64,000 bases of DNA, taken from NCBI RefSeq assembly GCF_018977255.1, contig NW_024704745.1:12152001-12216000 (forward strand), read 5' to 3'. Position numbers and translations under genes: made by a program. The notes under the pieces were generated by a model. The model was not told the origin of the DNA. It was given only the letters and a program-made list of their open reading frames with translations, and ran no database searches. The first letter of the stretch is position 1. Each line of letters opens with the position of its first letter. This document shows positions 23,558 to 37,810 of the stretch, in pieces. The stretch is from Callorhinchus milii (taxonomy: Eukaryota).

Positions 23558-26500
23558 TGGAGAAAAAGGGATGGATTTTCTTTTTGAAAAACAAAATTGA
23601 AAGACAATTGGAGACCAACATTATATCGAATTATGGAATTTACAATGCCCCCAAATAATCCTAGACTGGAAAAATTATCATCCAACTCTTAAAACAAGGA
23701 CTCTTAAGAGTCTAGGCTTAAGAGGTATGGGGGAACGGAGGATACATTTTATTCCCAGATATTTAGCCTGTTTGCCTTCCTCTAGCCCCAACCCCACACA
23801 CAATTATGTGAGTCAAGTAGAAACTCAGTGTTTTAATTTTACACTAATGTAGGTCCAATCTCCCCACAGACTTTTCACTGCATGAGAATTCTGCTTACAT
23901 CACATTAGTTGGCTGTTTAACTGGTCTGCAAACACCTCAATCCCAAAACTGTTATTACTCCTGAAGAAAGCAGAATTGTAGCAAATGTCAATGCTTCGGG
24001 GAAGGGTGAAATATTGTGCGGGGTGGAGGGAAAAAAGAGGTCATTGAACCCTGATGAAGCAAAATTGAGGTAGCTCTTTGCAAGGATTCACAGCTGTCCC
24101 AGTGTTATCAATCAAAAAACAGTCAGCTTACTCTGAGGGAATGTTGCCTGAAGAGTGGAATGTGCACCTGTATTCTTCAGGTCAGTGGTAAAAATCTTGT
24201 ACAGATTTTGTGTTTTGGGATTTTTAGTAACACAGACTGATAAACTGAGAGTGGAAAGATCACAGAGACTGAGGAGAAGCGACTGCACTGAAGCCTTCTA
24301 TAAGCTTTGGGTCAAGCAAAGTCTGTGGTTGAAGAGCATCAAATGAACCATTATATTGCATTGAAAAGACTATATGAGGGCAGCTTGTCCAGACGCTAGT
24401 TTTTTTCAATGCCATGAAGCCACCATGACAGTGTTACATGAAGACAATGTTACTTTAAAACAGAATCCTTGGACACGGGACAGTGAAAGTCAATTTCTGT
24501 CTATTGAATACAAATAAGGAGCAAGTAGCAAGTCCATCCAGAGGTTATTCAACCAACGCTGGATTTGTTTTCCATTTCTGAATTCATGTTTTGATCTAGA
24601 AATCTGATTAAGCTGGTCGTACCTCCTATCTAGAATGAAATGTAATCTCTCAGCCAGATAGGTTTCCTTTTTATACATCGTTTTGCACTTTTTGAAATTA
24701 CTTTTTATTCTGTGCTTGAACAAGAAATATTACCGCCTGTTTTGTTTTGAACGTTGTACTTTAAACGTTTCAATATATCAAAAGAAAATGGCAACTAAGC
24801 CTGAACTAGCCCAACAGATCCAGTGCCCCCAACAAGTTGAATGTGCTGACACAATACACAGGCGTTTGCCAAAAACCTGATCAGTCGAAGTTATTGGTAA
24901 CAATTGCCTGAGCTGAAATATTCATTCATACTCTGTTATACAAACAAGAAGTCCATTTGCATTTACAAACCACCCTTCAAATCCCACATTATCTTCTGAC
25001 TTGTAAGGCAGTGCATTTGTGCTGTGAGTATAAAGCCACAGTATTAGAGCTGAGGCGGAGTGAGTTACCCGTGACTAATTTGCAGACCGAGAATGATTTT
25101 TGTACAGAAGTAAAAATGATGAGTACCGTAGTCCTTGGGAAGGCAGGGCTCTTAAAAATTAATGAAAACTCTGAAGAGCTTATTGATGAGCTTATTGAAC
25201 TGCGAAGGAGGAGGGGATGTGGAAACACTGGTATTTGTGTGTGTGTGTGTGTGAATAAAAGGTAAGGCAGAGGTGTTGTGGATGGACATATCAAGAGCAG
25301 CAAGCCAGACTCATTGGCAGGTCTTGGAGGGACAGACTAGTTATTGGTGCAGAGATTCGTCCCATTCAGTTATTGTTAACCCTGCAAGCCAAAATGCTAA
25401 TGGATAGGATGGCCCAGCTAGGTAAGCAGCGAGAAGCTTGCTCTCAATGCAAGCTATTTAGTTGGTTAAACTCCCAATAGTACCCCATCGCACACTCTGG
25501 GACCCTCACCAACATGTGCCTAATACTCATCTACATTGGGTAAGCAGGGTACGTCCTGTGGGGGAGAGAGTGCATTCCTTTCTGGACACAGGGAAATTTC
25601 CATATTAGTGGCATACATAAAAATAATAATAATCCTTGCATTTGATATAGTGTCTTATCAGGTCTTTGAGACGTCTCAAAGCGCTTCACAGAATATACTG
25701 TAAAGTGAATTGACTGTATATTTTGCGGGTGAAACACATGCAGATCTCTCAATCTTGTTTGGTAACTCTTAAGCTCATTAATTGTTTCCGCATTTGTCAA
25801 ATGCCTGGCTGATCAGAAAATAATGTCTAGTGTGGGAACAAGATTTGGAAGTTAGGAGACAAACAGGAGAACATTACAGTCAGAAACTGTTTATCCATAC
25901 ACCACTTTCTTAATTGCTTGGTTAATTAAAATGGCTAAATCTCCCTGTATGTAGAACGATTTAACTCCATTAAATCAGTTTCAATTTTGAATTAATGTCA
26001 TTTGATGGAATTAATGAACGATTAGTTAGCCTAATTATTCACTTTTTCTTCCTTGAGCATTTAAAATAAGTAGCATCTGACTCTGCAGTCGAGCCTAATT
26101 AGCATCAACTATTTTTCTGGTTTTAAAGTTGCTCAAAAATAAACTTCCAAATGTTGTTCGGGTATTATCACGCCTCAAGACCTTCCTATTCAACTGTGCC
26201 TATGGTCACCTCCCCCTCTCTCTCCCCCTGGCTCGGAGACGTGCTCCGCCACTGTCAAGTGCTCTGGGACGCTACCCTGCATGAGGGGTGCTATATAAAT
26301 GCAACTAACAGAAGTGGTGCAGCTCTAATTCCTTCACGAATGTCGCAGCTCAAGATAACGTTGCCACTGTGACCCCCAGGGTTTCCTCTTGTTTGGTGGT
26401 GCTTCATGTTGATGCAGATATGGGGCTTGTACTTGCAGCAGTCAGGTCTTTATTGTATTATATATCAGACTACCATAATGAAGCTTTGCACTGTGTTCTG

Positions 26501-28109
26501 TACTGATGCTATTTTTCCCCTTTGTAAGACACTCGATTATCTTCACAATTCATGCCACGCGATATAAGCCATCACTTAATACACTCTAGCTAGTGGGTAT
26601 AGTGAATCTCAATTCTTTTCAGTTTTCTACTGAAGCAATTTGTTCTGGTAAGGTTATGACTGCACTTTGTCTTCTATCAGTGGCTTTACATTCACAGAGC
26701 TGTAATGATGGCTTCAGGAAAAGCAGTGTTTCCCTGTTTGTTTGGGTTTCAGGCTTGCATTTCTGTCCTCTTGCAGGATTTTAAATACACATATGGGTTG
26801 CAATAATAACAGCTTCAGGTAAAGATGTGATCTAGAAATGCACATTAACCGAGAATCTCTGTTGAAATTGTGTAGACACTTTACAGGTCATTATACAACT
26901 CCAGGCCTGAATTCTGTCTCCTTGACACAGTCACAAGATTCGTTGCCGTCAAGTGTTTAGCCTATGGACCTTTAAGAGAGCTGTGTGACCAGGGGAGCCT
27001 AGTGTCCCCATTACCAAGGGCAGCAACGACCGACCATCAATAAGTGGGGGCGGTGGGGTGGATGGAGGGAGATATTAACCCATTCAGACGTATCGTAATC
27101 TTCCGAGTACAATACGCTTCACATTATTTGGTTGAGACATTAACTGATGTTTTGTCTGCCTGTAATGGTGGTTCAGTGGATTTTACATATTCCAAGGCAC
27201 TGAATTTGAAGATGATTACTTATTATATATCACTTATTACCCCACTCTTCCTGCCCTCCACCCCTCCGATCCTAATCCCCAGTTCGGGTACGCATCCTTG
27301 ACTGTCCAGTGCTTTGGGACATCATCCCGACATGAAAGGCGCTATACAAATGTAATTTGTTGTTATTAAGCAGTGTTTCTGGTGTCCCGGCCAATATTCC
27401 TCTACGAGTAATTACATCAAATGTGAGGAATATTATTAGCTTTCAATTTAGTCACAACTGGTTGTTGTGTTTCCTGAAGGTCTTTCCTTAGATTTGTGAG
27501 CACTGTTTTATAAGGCTTAATATCAGTGACTAAACCCAAGGCTACATCACTGCAAAACAGCAGTGAACAGATAAACAGTTTGAATTGTTCACTGATCTCT
27601 CAAGCTCTTAACCTTCAGCGGGGATGGGTGATGAGCTGCAGACTTTTGCTTGGTATTGGTGCCAACCAATTATTTGGAGCCTCTTTTGTAGGTTGCAATA
27701 ACTACATCTATGAGAGCTCAGTATCCCCCTACCTCCATATCCTTGCCAGAAGGACACAAGGGAAGCCCACCTGATGAAAGGAGGATGGAGTCTTGCCCAT
27801 CTGTCCCAGGTTGCTGGTTGTTTTCAGTAACTGGTTAAAGACTACCTGTAGAGGCAGCAGCAATGTCAGAGGGAACTCTGCCACATATTGGAATATTTGG
27901 GAGAGAAATGTTGTTGTGAGGGATTTTCGTCAGAATTGCATAATGAACTGGGGTTTATTCACCCAATTGTTTGGTCATCGAACCTCCAAGCATTGTTATT
28001 ATTAATGTCACCTCTGCATGCCTCTGGTGTCATAGTAACAGCCACATTTTGCAAAGGTCTACTTCTCCTCGCTTGCTAAACTTGGCAAACAGATTGGGAG
28101 GTTTGCACT

Positions 28110-29160
28110 ACAACAACAACAACTTGGATTTATATAGTGCCCTCCACGCCGGACGGCTTCTCAGAGCGCTTTACAGTTTAGGATTCCGGGGCTGAGACAG
28201 GGGGAAGGGTGGGAAGGTGACCAAAGGCCCGGTCAAAAAGAAAGGTCTTCAGCAGAGACCTGAAAATGGGAAGGGAGGGAACGAGACGATGGGAGTGAGG
28301 AAAGCAGTTCCGGAGCCTCAGGGCATAATGGCTGAAGGCATGGCCGCTGAGGGTAGAACCGAGGACTTGGGGAACAAGGAGGAGGCCAGACCCGGAGATC
28401 AAAGGCAACGGACACTGTGCTGAGGAGAGAGGAGGTCAGAGAGGTCGGGGGGTGCAGAGGAGTGCAGGGACTTGAATACGAGGGTGAGGATCTTGAAATC
28501 AATCCTCTCTGGGATAGGGAGCTAGTGCAGTCTGGCAAGGACTGGGGTGATCGGGGAGCGGAGCTTGGTGCGAGTGAGAATGCGAGAGCAGAGTTCTGAA
28601 TGATTTGGATTTTATAAATGGTAGTGGAGGGGAGACCGGCGAGGGGAGCATTTGAATAGTCCAGCCGGGAGGTGACAAAGGCATGGACCAGAGGTTCAGC
28701 GGCTTTTGGGGAAAGGTATTGGCGGAGACGGCAATTCGTTGGAGATGGAAGAAAGCGGCGCTGGTGAGGGACCAAATGTGGGGGAGGAAGGTTAATTGGG
28801 GGTCGAACCTGACGCCTAGGTTGCGTACAGGTTCGGAGAGTTTTAGGGGGAGGTTGGGTAGGTGGAGGAGGTGAGGACCATGAGATTTTAGACGTTGATG
28901 AGAGCCGAAGAATATGTCTTCCGTCTTGTCAACGTTCAGCTGAAGGAAGTTTGCGCTTATCCAGCCCCTGAGATCTGACAGGCAGACTGACAGAACATCA
29001 GGGGACTGGGGGTCCCAAAGAGAGGTGGAAAAGTAGAGTTGGGTGTCATCTGCGTGCATTTGGAAATGTACGCCATGTCTGCAGATGACGTCCCCAAGAG
29101 GGAGCATGTAGATCAGAAAGAGGAGGGGGCCAAGGATGGATCCTAGGGTACCCCACAGGT
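28110..29160 (-). mobile_element. 5'-truncated L2 LINE with reverse transcriptase remnant (frameshifted)
   Basis: GSILGPLLFLIYMLPLG...HADDTQLY...LQLNVDKTE...VRNLGVRFDPQLTF; AFVTSRLDYSNA; FSHYALRLRN spread over three frames; (caa)n tail at 28110. Confidence 0.92.
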
Positions 29161-31934
29161 GACCGACTAGATCTTGCACAGCTGGTCTGAATGAATCAGT
29201 TCATAGAGCTCACAGCCCTTGAACGTAATATTGGTGGGAGTGCATTTGAATGAGTTACGTTCTTACAGGAAAGGAACCCATCCTTAGTATGAGATGTGTA
29301 GGTGTATGATTTACAAAAGGTCGAAGGCTTGAAATTTGGGGAATGGAGGGGGTTGAACGGAGGTGAATTTTTTTGATGCCTTTTATAAAACAGGTTTTAC
29401 CAATAAAGCTTTAGAAATGTAACGTAACTTTTGTTATTAATTATTGTGAAATGTGGCTCTCTCTACATAATGAGAAAACTTTTAGAATAAACAAAGTGTG
29501 GCAAAGAGTTTGGGCTTGAGAATGTCAGTATATCGAGTAGTAGGTTGGGTCAAAAGCTGCTGATTGTCTTTAGGTGGGATTCATAAGGAACAGGAAAGGG
29601 CTTCGAGTGTTCCACATCAGAACAGTGCAATGGCCTGTATTAGTGAGTGCCTTAAAGATAATCCAAAACTGAATTCACTGATAGATAAATTGGTTTGGGA
29701 AAAGACCATCAAACTGCAACTGAAAAACAGCAAATTAGATGATCAAATGCTGAATTGCGTTGAAGCCTTTGGAGACTGGAGGGTTCAGGTTATAATCTCC
29801 GCATGTCATTCAGTGCATTCCTGTGGAATAATCCTGCACATCTCTTTCATTCTAGCCTGTAGTTGTTGTGGATTCAGCTCTGGAACATGATTGGTACCGA
29901 AAACACAGCGAGTTTGTGACGCCACACTGTTACTAGTATGGCTTGTTGAACTGGCACACTGCGCAAAGCAGTAGCATCAGTGAGTGTACTGGAACCGCAC
30001 TTCAAAGCCATTGATCAGTGAACTTGATTTAAAAATGCACAGGGGGATGGATGTTGATCTTCAAAACTGTCTAAGGTTTTGTGCCCACTGTAGAAGAATG
30101 TTGTGTTCAACACTGTTGAATGAATGTAAGTGTACCCCATTATTAACAGTGCCCTTTAATTAATATTTAACTGAAGATAAAGTTCTGCGGATAGTGCATT
30201 AAGAATGCTGTACACATATCCTGTGGGGAATCTGACACTGAAGCAAAGGTGCTGTTGCCACAATTTGCCGTCAGCAGAAATTGTAACAAAAGACATCTTT
30301 GTAACCCTAGATAAAAGGTTTTTAGCTACTTTATAATGCAGGTTGCATGCAAAGTAATGAATACGTAAGACAGACTTACAGCCATTGATAGAAATTATTT
30401 TGGGTGGGGGGGGGGGGGGGGGGTATGAAAATATGGTGTGTGTGTGTGTGTGCGTATGGTTGCAATCCAAAGGATATCTGCATGGAAGTCCTGCACAATA
30501 AACTCTTATCCATCTATATTCGCCTTGGGACATCCTCCTGACATGAAAGGCACTATACAAATCTAATTTTGTATTATAATTGTGTATTACATTCCAAAAA
30601 TTCAACCCCACATGAGACCAATTTCAGAGATTCTCACAATATTTAATTTGAAGACTCAGGGCTTGTTTCCCATGGAGTTTTGCTCAGCCAATTGATTGAT
30701 ACGTGCAGAAACAAGAAACCCATTATACTTAAGCATATCCAAACCAAACTGCTAAGAAACCCACAAGTTACTCGGAAATTTCCATTTGTTTCACAGTATT
30801 TTGGGAATTGCACAATGCTGAATTCCAATACAAATATCAGTGAATGCGTTAAATACAATGCTGAAGAGATTGATCCAAACATAAATACCCTGTAGCCCAT
30901 CACTCTTTAAATGTCATGTATTTTGGTACTGGAATAAATGTGTTTGTGTTGTGGGGGTGTAAGGGAGAGAATGTAGTTGATGAGTGAACCATGTCTTTTC
31001 AGATGCTTCCAGAAATCACCTTTATACTGGAAGTTCTCACTGCACCATTCAAACTGAAATTACCTTTTAACAGCAGCTCCATTATTTGGAATTTGTTCCA
31101 GGCAGAATTGAAGAACTGGTTGAATGACATTCCTATATATATAATAATAATCCTTGCATTTGATATAGAAATCACTGTAAAGTGGATTGATTGACTGTAT
31201 ATTTTGTGGGCTAAATATCTTTTAATCCACTTCATTAGGGAATGATCTCAGTCGTTGCTTCAAACTGCCAGCTCGTACCATCATTCTGCAGTTCAATCTG
31301 GGGATTAACCCAAATCTGCTCAACAAGAGTGAAATTGGGAACCTCAGTTCAATCCCTTCTCTGGCTGCACTTTGTAACTTGCAAATTTGAATTTCAAAGA
31401 GGAAATGGCTTGGATGTTTGAAGCTTCTGCTAACTAATAATTATTTGCATCCTTTTTAAAGTTTGCCAAGTTTGAACTGAACATCTTGACACATTCAGAG
31501 CAGATGCCTCATAAAAACATATATACCGTATGGTGATACCACCTGCAGTGGCAAACTTTGTTTTATATGCATTCAAATAACGCTGCATCTTTCCATCTAC
31601 TTATTGCTATGCCAACTGAGATACTAAGCAAGCTCATGTTTTAGACATGTAGAGCTTTGTTATTAACTCTACCGGTGACAATCTGGTCAGATTCAATCAG
31701 CTAAGTATGAACAAAGAATTGGTCAAAAGCCCGATCACTAAAACTACATCAGTTATTCCATTTGTTTCAGGTTTAGAGATATTGCAAGCAGAATCAATAG
31801 GGAAAAATCAAGTCTCCTGAAGAAAGTACTCTATGCACAAATGTATTTACTTAGTTACAACAAAAACAACAACATGTGTAGAATGAATAGGAATCCTTCA
31901 GACAGTTGGATACTGGCCCTTTACCTTATAATAA

Positions 31935-32266
31935 ATAATAAAATAATCCTTGCGTTTGATATAGCGCCTTATCATGTCTTAATTGTAAATGAATTGACTG
32001 CATATTTTGTGGGCAAAAGGCAGCAGCCAATTGCGCACAGCAGTGTCCCACAAACAGTCGTGGATTAAGTGAACAAATTACTAATTTTTTTGAAAGAATT
32101 ATTACCCCTGGAAAATCGACTAACAAGCGGATTCCTATTTAATGTTAGGTAAACAGACGCATGTGGAGTAAGGAAACTTGCCCAACATTTCGCCCTGCCC
32201 GGGAATCAAACCCAGGTCCTCTCGTTTGCGAGGCGAGTGCTCTAGCCACTAAACTACAAAACTCCA
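31935..32266 (-). mobile_element. tRNA-Ala(CGC)-derived SINE, full length
   Basis: Reverse complement begins ggagttttgtagtttagtggctagagcactcgcctcgcaaacgagaggacctggg; core and tail shared with the other copies. Confidence 0.85.
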
Positions 32267-32894
32267 CTGGGGTGATATAGGAAGAGATCTGCTCCTGAAC
32301 TGGGCTAGGAAAGAATATGCTTTATGGGAAAACTTGAAATATTTATTCACATTGTGAATTGTAGATCTGAAATATTTACTTTTCTGCAGGAACTTGTCAA
32401 AGCTTAAACCATGTTTTTCTTTGGCAATGTGATATTGAGCTGTTTTTCTATAAAAAAATAGCATTTCTTTCAGTGAAACCTGAAAGTCGCACTTTGAAAT
32501 TATGCCTAATGATTTAAAAACATCAGTGCTCCCTTGTAGTCAGGATCAGCATTCCACTTGGCAATACACTGCTGACAACTGGGAAATCTGTTGAAATCTG
32601 TGCTGCTGAGCAAAATGCACATAACTGACAAGTAGATTTTAATTGCGGTATCTTTATAATTAATGTATGTTACATTATACAATATTAAACTTGGATTAAA
32701 TAATAAAAATGCCATTCAACTAGCCTGATGCATGCACTTCGCATGGTCCATCATGGGAGCTTTTCCACCAGCGAGTAATTTTTAAGCGAGTTTGATTTCT
32801 TTAAAATTGTATGTCCAATTAATTTCTAAGTTTGTCCCAATAGTATATGTCACTGTTTCTGGCCCCTGGCCTCCTTATGCAGGAGTGCAGTTCT

Positions 32895-33130
32895 GCTGGT
32901 GCTGACTCCTCTACTCCCCCTTTCAAGTAACCGTTGTGTGAGCCTTGACAGTGAGTGTCAGCGTGATATCACAGCCGAGCCTGACCCTCTCCTTACCTGA
33001 CTGCCACACAAGTAAGGGGTGCTGAAGAGGGGCTAGCACCAGTAAACCAAGCTGAGTCTAACCTTCCTGGAGCAGCTGAGATAAGCAAACCAGCCAGGAG
33101 TCGTAACAGTGAACTCCTGGTCCATAAGGT
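32895..33130 (-). mobile_element. LF-SINE-like fragment
   Basis: gtgtgagccttgacagtgagtgtcagc...atcacagccgagcctgaccct is the reverse complement of LF-SINE ACTCACTGTCTAGGCTCACAC / GGGCTCGGCTGTGAT. Confidence 0.65.
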
Positions 33131-33419
33131 GCAGACGCAATCCCCCCTCCCCCATTGGAAGTTCTAACCAGAAATGGAATGGGTAGGTCTTATTTAAGCT
33201 GCTCCAAGCCTTCTCCACACCCAGTTCACTGCTGATGTCGCCAGTGATCCAACTTGCATCCCAGCGGGAATGCTGCAGAGCTGAAGTTTGCGAAGCAGCA
33301 GGACTGGATTCAAATTCCCACCCTCACAATGCCTTACGCTTAGATAGGTTACTGTGAGTTAAGTTTGGGCGATACCCTGTTGTGATTAGTCTGTCACAGT
33401 TTCCCTCTCAGCTACTTAT

Positions 33420-33690
33420 ATACGATATATAATAATAATCCTTGCATTTGATATCGAGCCTTATCACATCTTTGAGATGTCTCAAAGCGCTTACTTGTAC
33501 ACAACCGAGGGACTGGGTAACATGCTTCCGGGGAAGAACAATATGATGGAAGGGCGCAATATTGTCAGAGCGCCGAAGAAGGAGTGGGTCAAGGTGAGGG
33601 AAGCAGAGATGTGAGGCAGAAAAAGAGACAGAGAAACAGAATAGAGGGATTGAGGAAAAAGGGAGTGAGAGCAAGATAGATTGGAGTGGC
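33420..33690 (-). mobile_element. SINE tail plus L2 3' fragment
   Basis: aatccttgcatttgatatcgagccttatcacatc tail followed by purine-rich L2 3'UTR-like sequence. Confidence 0.5.
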
Positions 33691-35892
33691 AAAACTCAAA
33701 CTCTCCTCATTCAGCGCCAAGTGCCCTCCTTCCCTCAGCTATTCTCGCACCCCACCCTCAAATCACAGAAGGTGTTTACTGCTATTCGACATTTACATTT
33801 GTCACTTACACCCGCTCCATGGGAACATTCTGCTGCAAAGCTGATGTGATGTAAAGTTGGATAATTGTGAGGAGAGAACCTTAACAGCAAACCATGCTCC
33901 CTGCACTTACACTAGAATTCAGTACCTAACTCCGTAATCCACGACATTGCAATAAATAGGCACTTCCAGCTGAAGCACAAAGATACTTAAGGCACTGGGA
34001 TATTCTCAGTTTCTCTCTGTTTGGGCAGACAGCTTTTTTTTAGATATTTTCTATGTACCAGTAGTGCACGATACTGAAGAATTTGATTTGTGCTGTGAGT
34101 GTTTTAATGTGAACTTTCAATATGTGATGTGCTTTGTTTCAAATTGTCATTACGTTCTTAATAAAACGATGAGACTTGAAAAAGATCTTTGTGGGTCAAT
34201 ACATGGGCCACAAGGTGAAGGTGGTAATGAACCCTTTGCCTTATCAAAAGTAAGGTTCCAGCACTCTCCCAAAACAGCAGCAGTAACTGCACACCAAAAT
34301 AATACACAGCTAAACAAGAATTTTGTGTTTTTTCTTAGTCTCAATGAACAGCGAGAGAAAAAGCCTGAACGTGTGTGTATCTCCGGCTATATCCCACTGC
34401 TGGCAGAGACAAATGTTGTCTTATTCCGAGGAAGAGGATCGTAAATAGCTCTGGGGTGTATTGCAGTATTTATGAATAACATTGGCTGAGACAGCGGTGT
34501 CTGCACACTATTCAATCACGCCCAAGCCCATTCCCATCTTCAGATGTACAACACACCACAGACATTTATTTTGGTCAGTTTTCTGGCTTGTTTTCCCACA
34601 GGCTAGATTCCAAGGTAAGTTTTCATTCCATGGAGGCGATGCTCTGTGTGCTGCTAAGCTTAATGCTACTTGACTATGTGCCAGTTACACTGATCACTAC
34701 AACTGCTGATATTTCCACCATATCTTAACACTATGTCTTCCATTTGCCAAAGTCTGCTAGCTTTTCTTCTGTATAGCCATTATTCCTATTGGTTTTGTAG
34801 TCACGTCTTCAGTTTTACTATATTAGTCAATTTATCTATTAATCTGATTTGAGTGCTGTTACTCAGGCTATAACCTTTGTTTTTCAGTCTTGAACATTGA
34901 GTTAATGTAATTTAGCAAGAGGCTGCTGTTCCAGGCAATCATCTTCTGTTGAATATCACATAGAGTTCCATTTACAAATTTACATTTATATAGTGCCTTT
35001 CACATTGGGAGGATGGCTCAAGGTTCTGGACAGTCTTATTAATACATATATATGTATGTAAAAATATAGAACTTTGTTGCACAGAAGAAAGTAATTTGGT
35101 CCATCATGTCTGTGCCATGGTTACCTGGTTTACTGAATTACTTTTTTTAAAAAACTAATCCCACTTTCCAGTTCTTCCCCATATCCCTTTTTTTTTACTG
35201 CTGAGATGTTTATTGCAATTTCTATTGATCAGACCTCAAAAGTTGAGACTTGAATTACAAACCTTAAAAACCCATTGATTGGAGAAGCTCCTTGTAATCT
35301 CTCCTTTAATTTTTCTACAAACATAGAAGCCCATTTCTGCAGATGTCGTTGCATTTTTAGAGATTTGTGTATTTGTAAAGACAAAACCAGTCCTAAAAAA
35401 GTTAAAGTAAGCAATAACAGCAATAGCAACTGAGAAAATCTTGCCAAGTTAAAGAGTAGGTGGATGAAAGACTGAATTCCCAGGCTTCTAACTAAAGAGA
35501 GGTGTTATTTTATTCCTTATTTCCATTTCAGCTTTTTCAAACACCAATTATTCATGAGTGCAATGGAATAAAACAAATTTGAAGTCAACATTATCACTAA
35601 CATTAAATTTCCATGAGGTACTTAGGTTTTATCTCCTGGGATGTTTAAAGGATCAATGTTATTAGGAGTTGCTATTCATAAAGTTGCATTGGAACACAGG
35701 AATCCACACAGAGCACAAAAAAAGATTGTTGCGATTTTTCAGTTCATCCTCTCCCAGTTTGGGCTCCCAGTTGGTTATCTGAAAGTCTTTGAGATATCCT
35801 TCTAATGACACAGGACATTATTTTCGTTTTTGCAGACAATACCAATTTTTTTCTGAAAAACAAAAATCATACAGAGTAACATAGAACATTAC

Positions 35893-36212
35893 GGAGTCCT
35901 GTAGCTCAGTGGTTAGAGCACTCGCTTTGCAAGCGAGAGACCTGAGTTCAATTCCAGGCAGAGGGCGAAACCTTGGGCAAGTTTCCTTACTCCACACAGA
36001 GCCTAATAATAATCCCTCCAAAAACCAAAAACAATAATAAATTGGTCATTTTCAATCTACGACTGTTTGTAGGACATTGCTGTGCCAATTGGCCGCCGCG
36101 TTCGCCCACAAATATACAGTCAATTCACTTTACAGTGTGTTCTGTGAAGCGCTTTGGGACGTCCTCCCGACGTGAAAAGCGCTATATCAAATGCAAGGAT
36201 TATTATTATTAT
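35893..36212 (+). mobile_element. tRNA-Ala(TGC)-derived SINE, short subfamily
   Basis: ggagtcctgtagctcagtggttagagcactcgctttgcaagcgag (A box), gttcaattcc (B box), Deu core, tail gggacgtcctcccgacgtgaaaagcgct...(tta)n. Confidence 0.88.
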
Positions 36213-37519
36213 AATTATTACAGCACAGAAATAGGCCATTTTGCCCAACTAGTCCAAGCTAGTGTTTATACTACATATGAGGCTCCACCTTTCTTAACTA
36301 ATCCCCTCTCCATATACTCTCCCTCTCATACATTTTGAGATGTCTCGAAGATGCGATAAGGCGCTATATCAAATGCAAGGAATGTTATTACACCTACAGG
36401 GATCAGTGGCTACGCAAAGAACTGTAAACAGTGGTGGAGGAAAAATGCACATCTCTCCCAAGTGATTTATTTTTCAGACTCTATTTGAAATTAATTTCTC
36501 TTTCCTACTTTTAGTGATCCCTGAATCCATTCCATGAGAGATCAGGAACTACAAAGTGGCACCCAAGAACAACCCAGGAGGTTATCCTACCAAATGGGGG
36601 TGAACCCAGCCTCCACTCAAGACACTCCCTAGACACCCACAATCCAATTGAATGTCTCAGGAAATTCTGCCATTTCCTGGTACAATACATTAAAGTATAA
36701 ATAAGTCCCTATTAACAAGTGAAGAGCTACAGGATAGTTTGTAAACATTGCCAAAACAGCAGCAATCTGCATTTTTTTCAAGTGAATAGTTTTGCTCAGA
36801 TTTTCTTTTTCTCCCTTTGGCTGCTCATTTTACGCTGGCAGAAATGTTGGGTGGACCTTGAACGTGTGCCACTATAGCCCTCGAATTTAACTGCTGGATG
36901 ATTCATTCCTGATCTCTGACCCAAGGATAATTTATCTGGCAATCTCCCTTATTCCATTTAGTCCAGCTCCTGTTTTTGCTTTGGACCTCCCCAGTAAGCC
37001 AGGGTAATGTTCCTTATTAAATGCTCCCCGTCCTTTTAGTATGGATCCCATACTATCTTTGAATGCATATCCCACTGACACCTGTCTAGGTTTCACGTGT
37101 TAAGAAAGCTTCACAAGCTTGACTGAGCAGCTGGTGTCTTAAGCAAACATATTCCAGCAATCAGTTAGCACCTCCACACAAATAGGAGGGAAAAACTGGA
37201 GAGGTATTAAACACAAAGATTTTAAGAAGAAGTTACTTTGGTTGATCTATTTTGAAGTTGTAAGAGATGAAAACATTTTTTTTTTAAAAAAGTTTTATTT
37301 TCTATTTGTTGCAGTCTGTCACCCTGCAATGGTGTTGCAGCTGTCCTGTGAGATATTTCTCCTCCAGCTGTAGGGACTGGGCAGTTAAAAATCATAGACA
37401 ATACAGGTAAAGAATAGCAATTTGGGTGAGGTTTACCTACTTTTGTGGAACTCTACCCAGCAAGACTCACTGCTTAGAAAAACTTAGGAGAGTATTGTTG
37501 AAATGATTGCAAAACAGAG

Positions 37520-37810
37520 GTATGGATAAAAAAAGGCTCATTGGCCCATTTATCTCATCTTTCTAGAATATCAACTCTACCAGTCCCCCCCCCCCCCCCC
37601 CCCCCCCCACACCTTTCAGCATTAAGCTGTTTCATAAGTGAATCCATGTGCTGGTCTCAAACGCCCTTCCTGGTAATTCATTCCACTCATTAATTATCCT
37701 CTGGGTAAAGAAATACTTCCTCCTGAATGAATTGAAATTGTTCTTTGCGAACCCGAATCAGTGCCCTCTTGATAAGGCAGTGAACATGTCCTCTTTAAAG
37801 TATCCTTCTT
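37520..37810 (-). mobile_element. CR1 LINE 3' fragment
   Basis: cattccactcattaattatcctctgggtaaagaaatacttcctcctgaat is the reverse of the CR1 3' coding end. Confidence 0.55.

Noticed and set aside
24787-24840. MATKPELAQQIQCPQQ as a candidate TTF2 exon 1
   Set aside because: No proper donor, 24 kb from exon 2; 45156-45183 fits better in sequence, length, phase and promoter context.
28499-29179. Reverse transcriptase ORF as a functional or domesticated gene
   Set aside because: 5'-truncated, frameshifted across three frames, catalytic YADD changed to HADD; an ordinary dead L2.
35893-35970. tRNA-Ala gene calls at SINE heads (also 32190-32266, 41129-41205, 48666-48740)
   Set aside because: Each continues into a shared SINE body and L2-type tail, with no oligo-T terminator after the acceptor stem.
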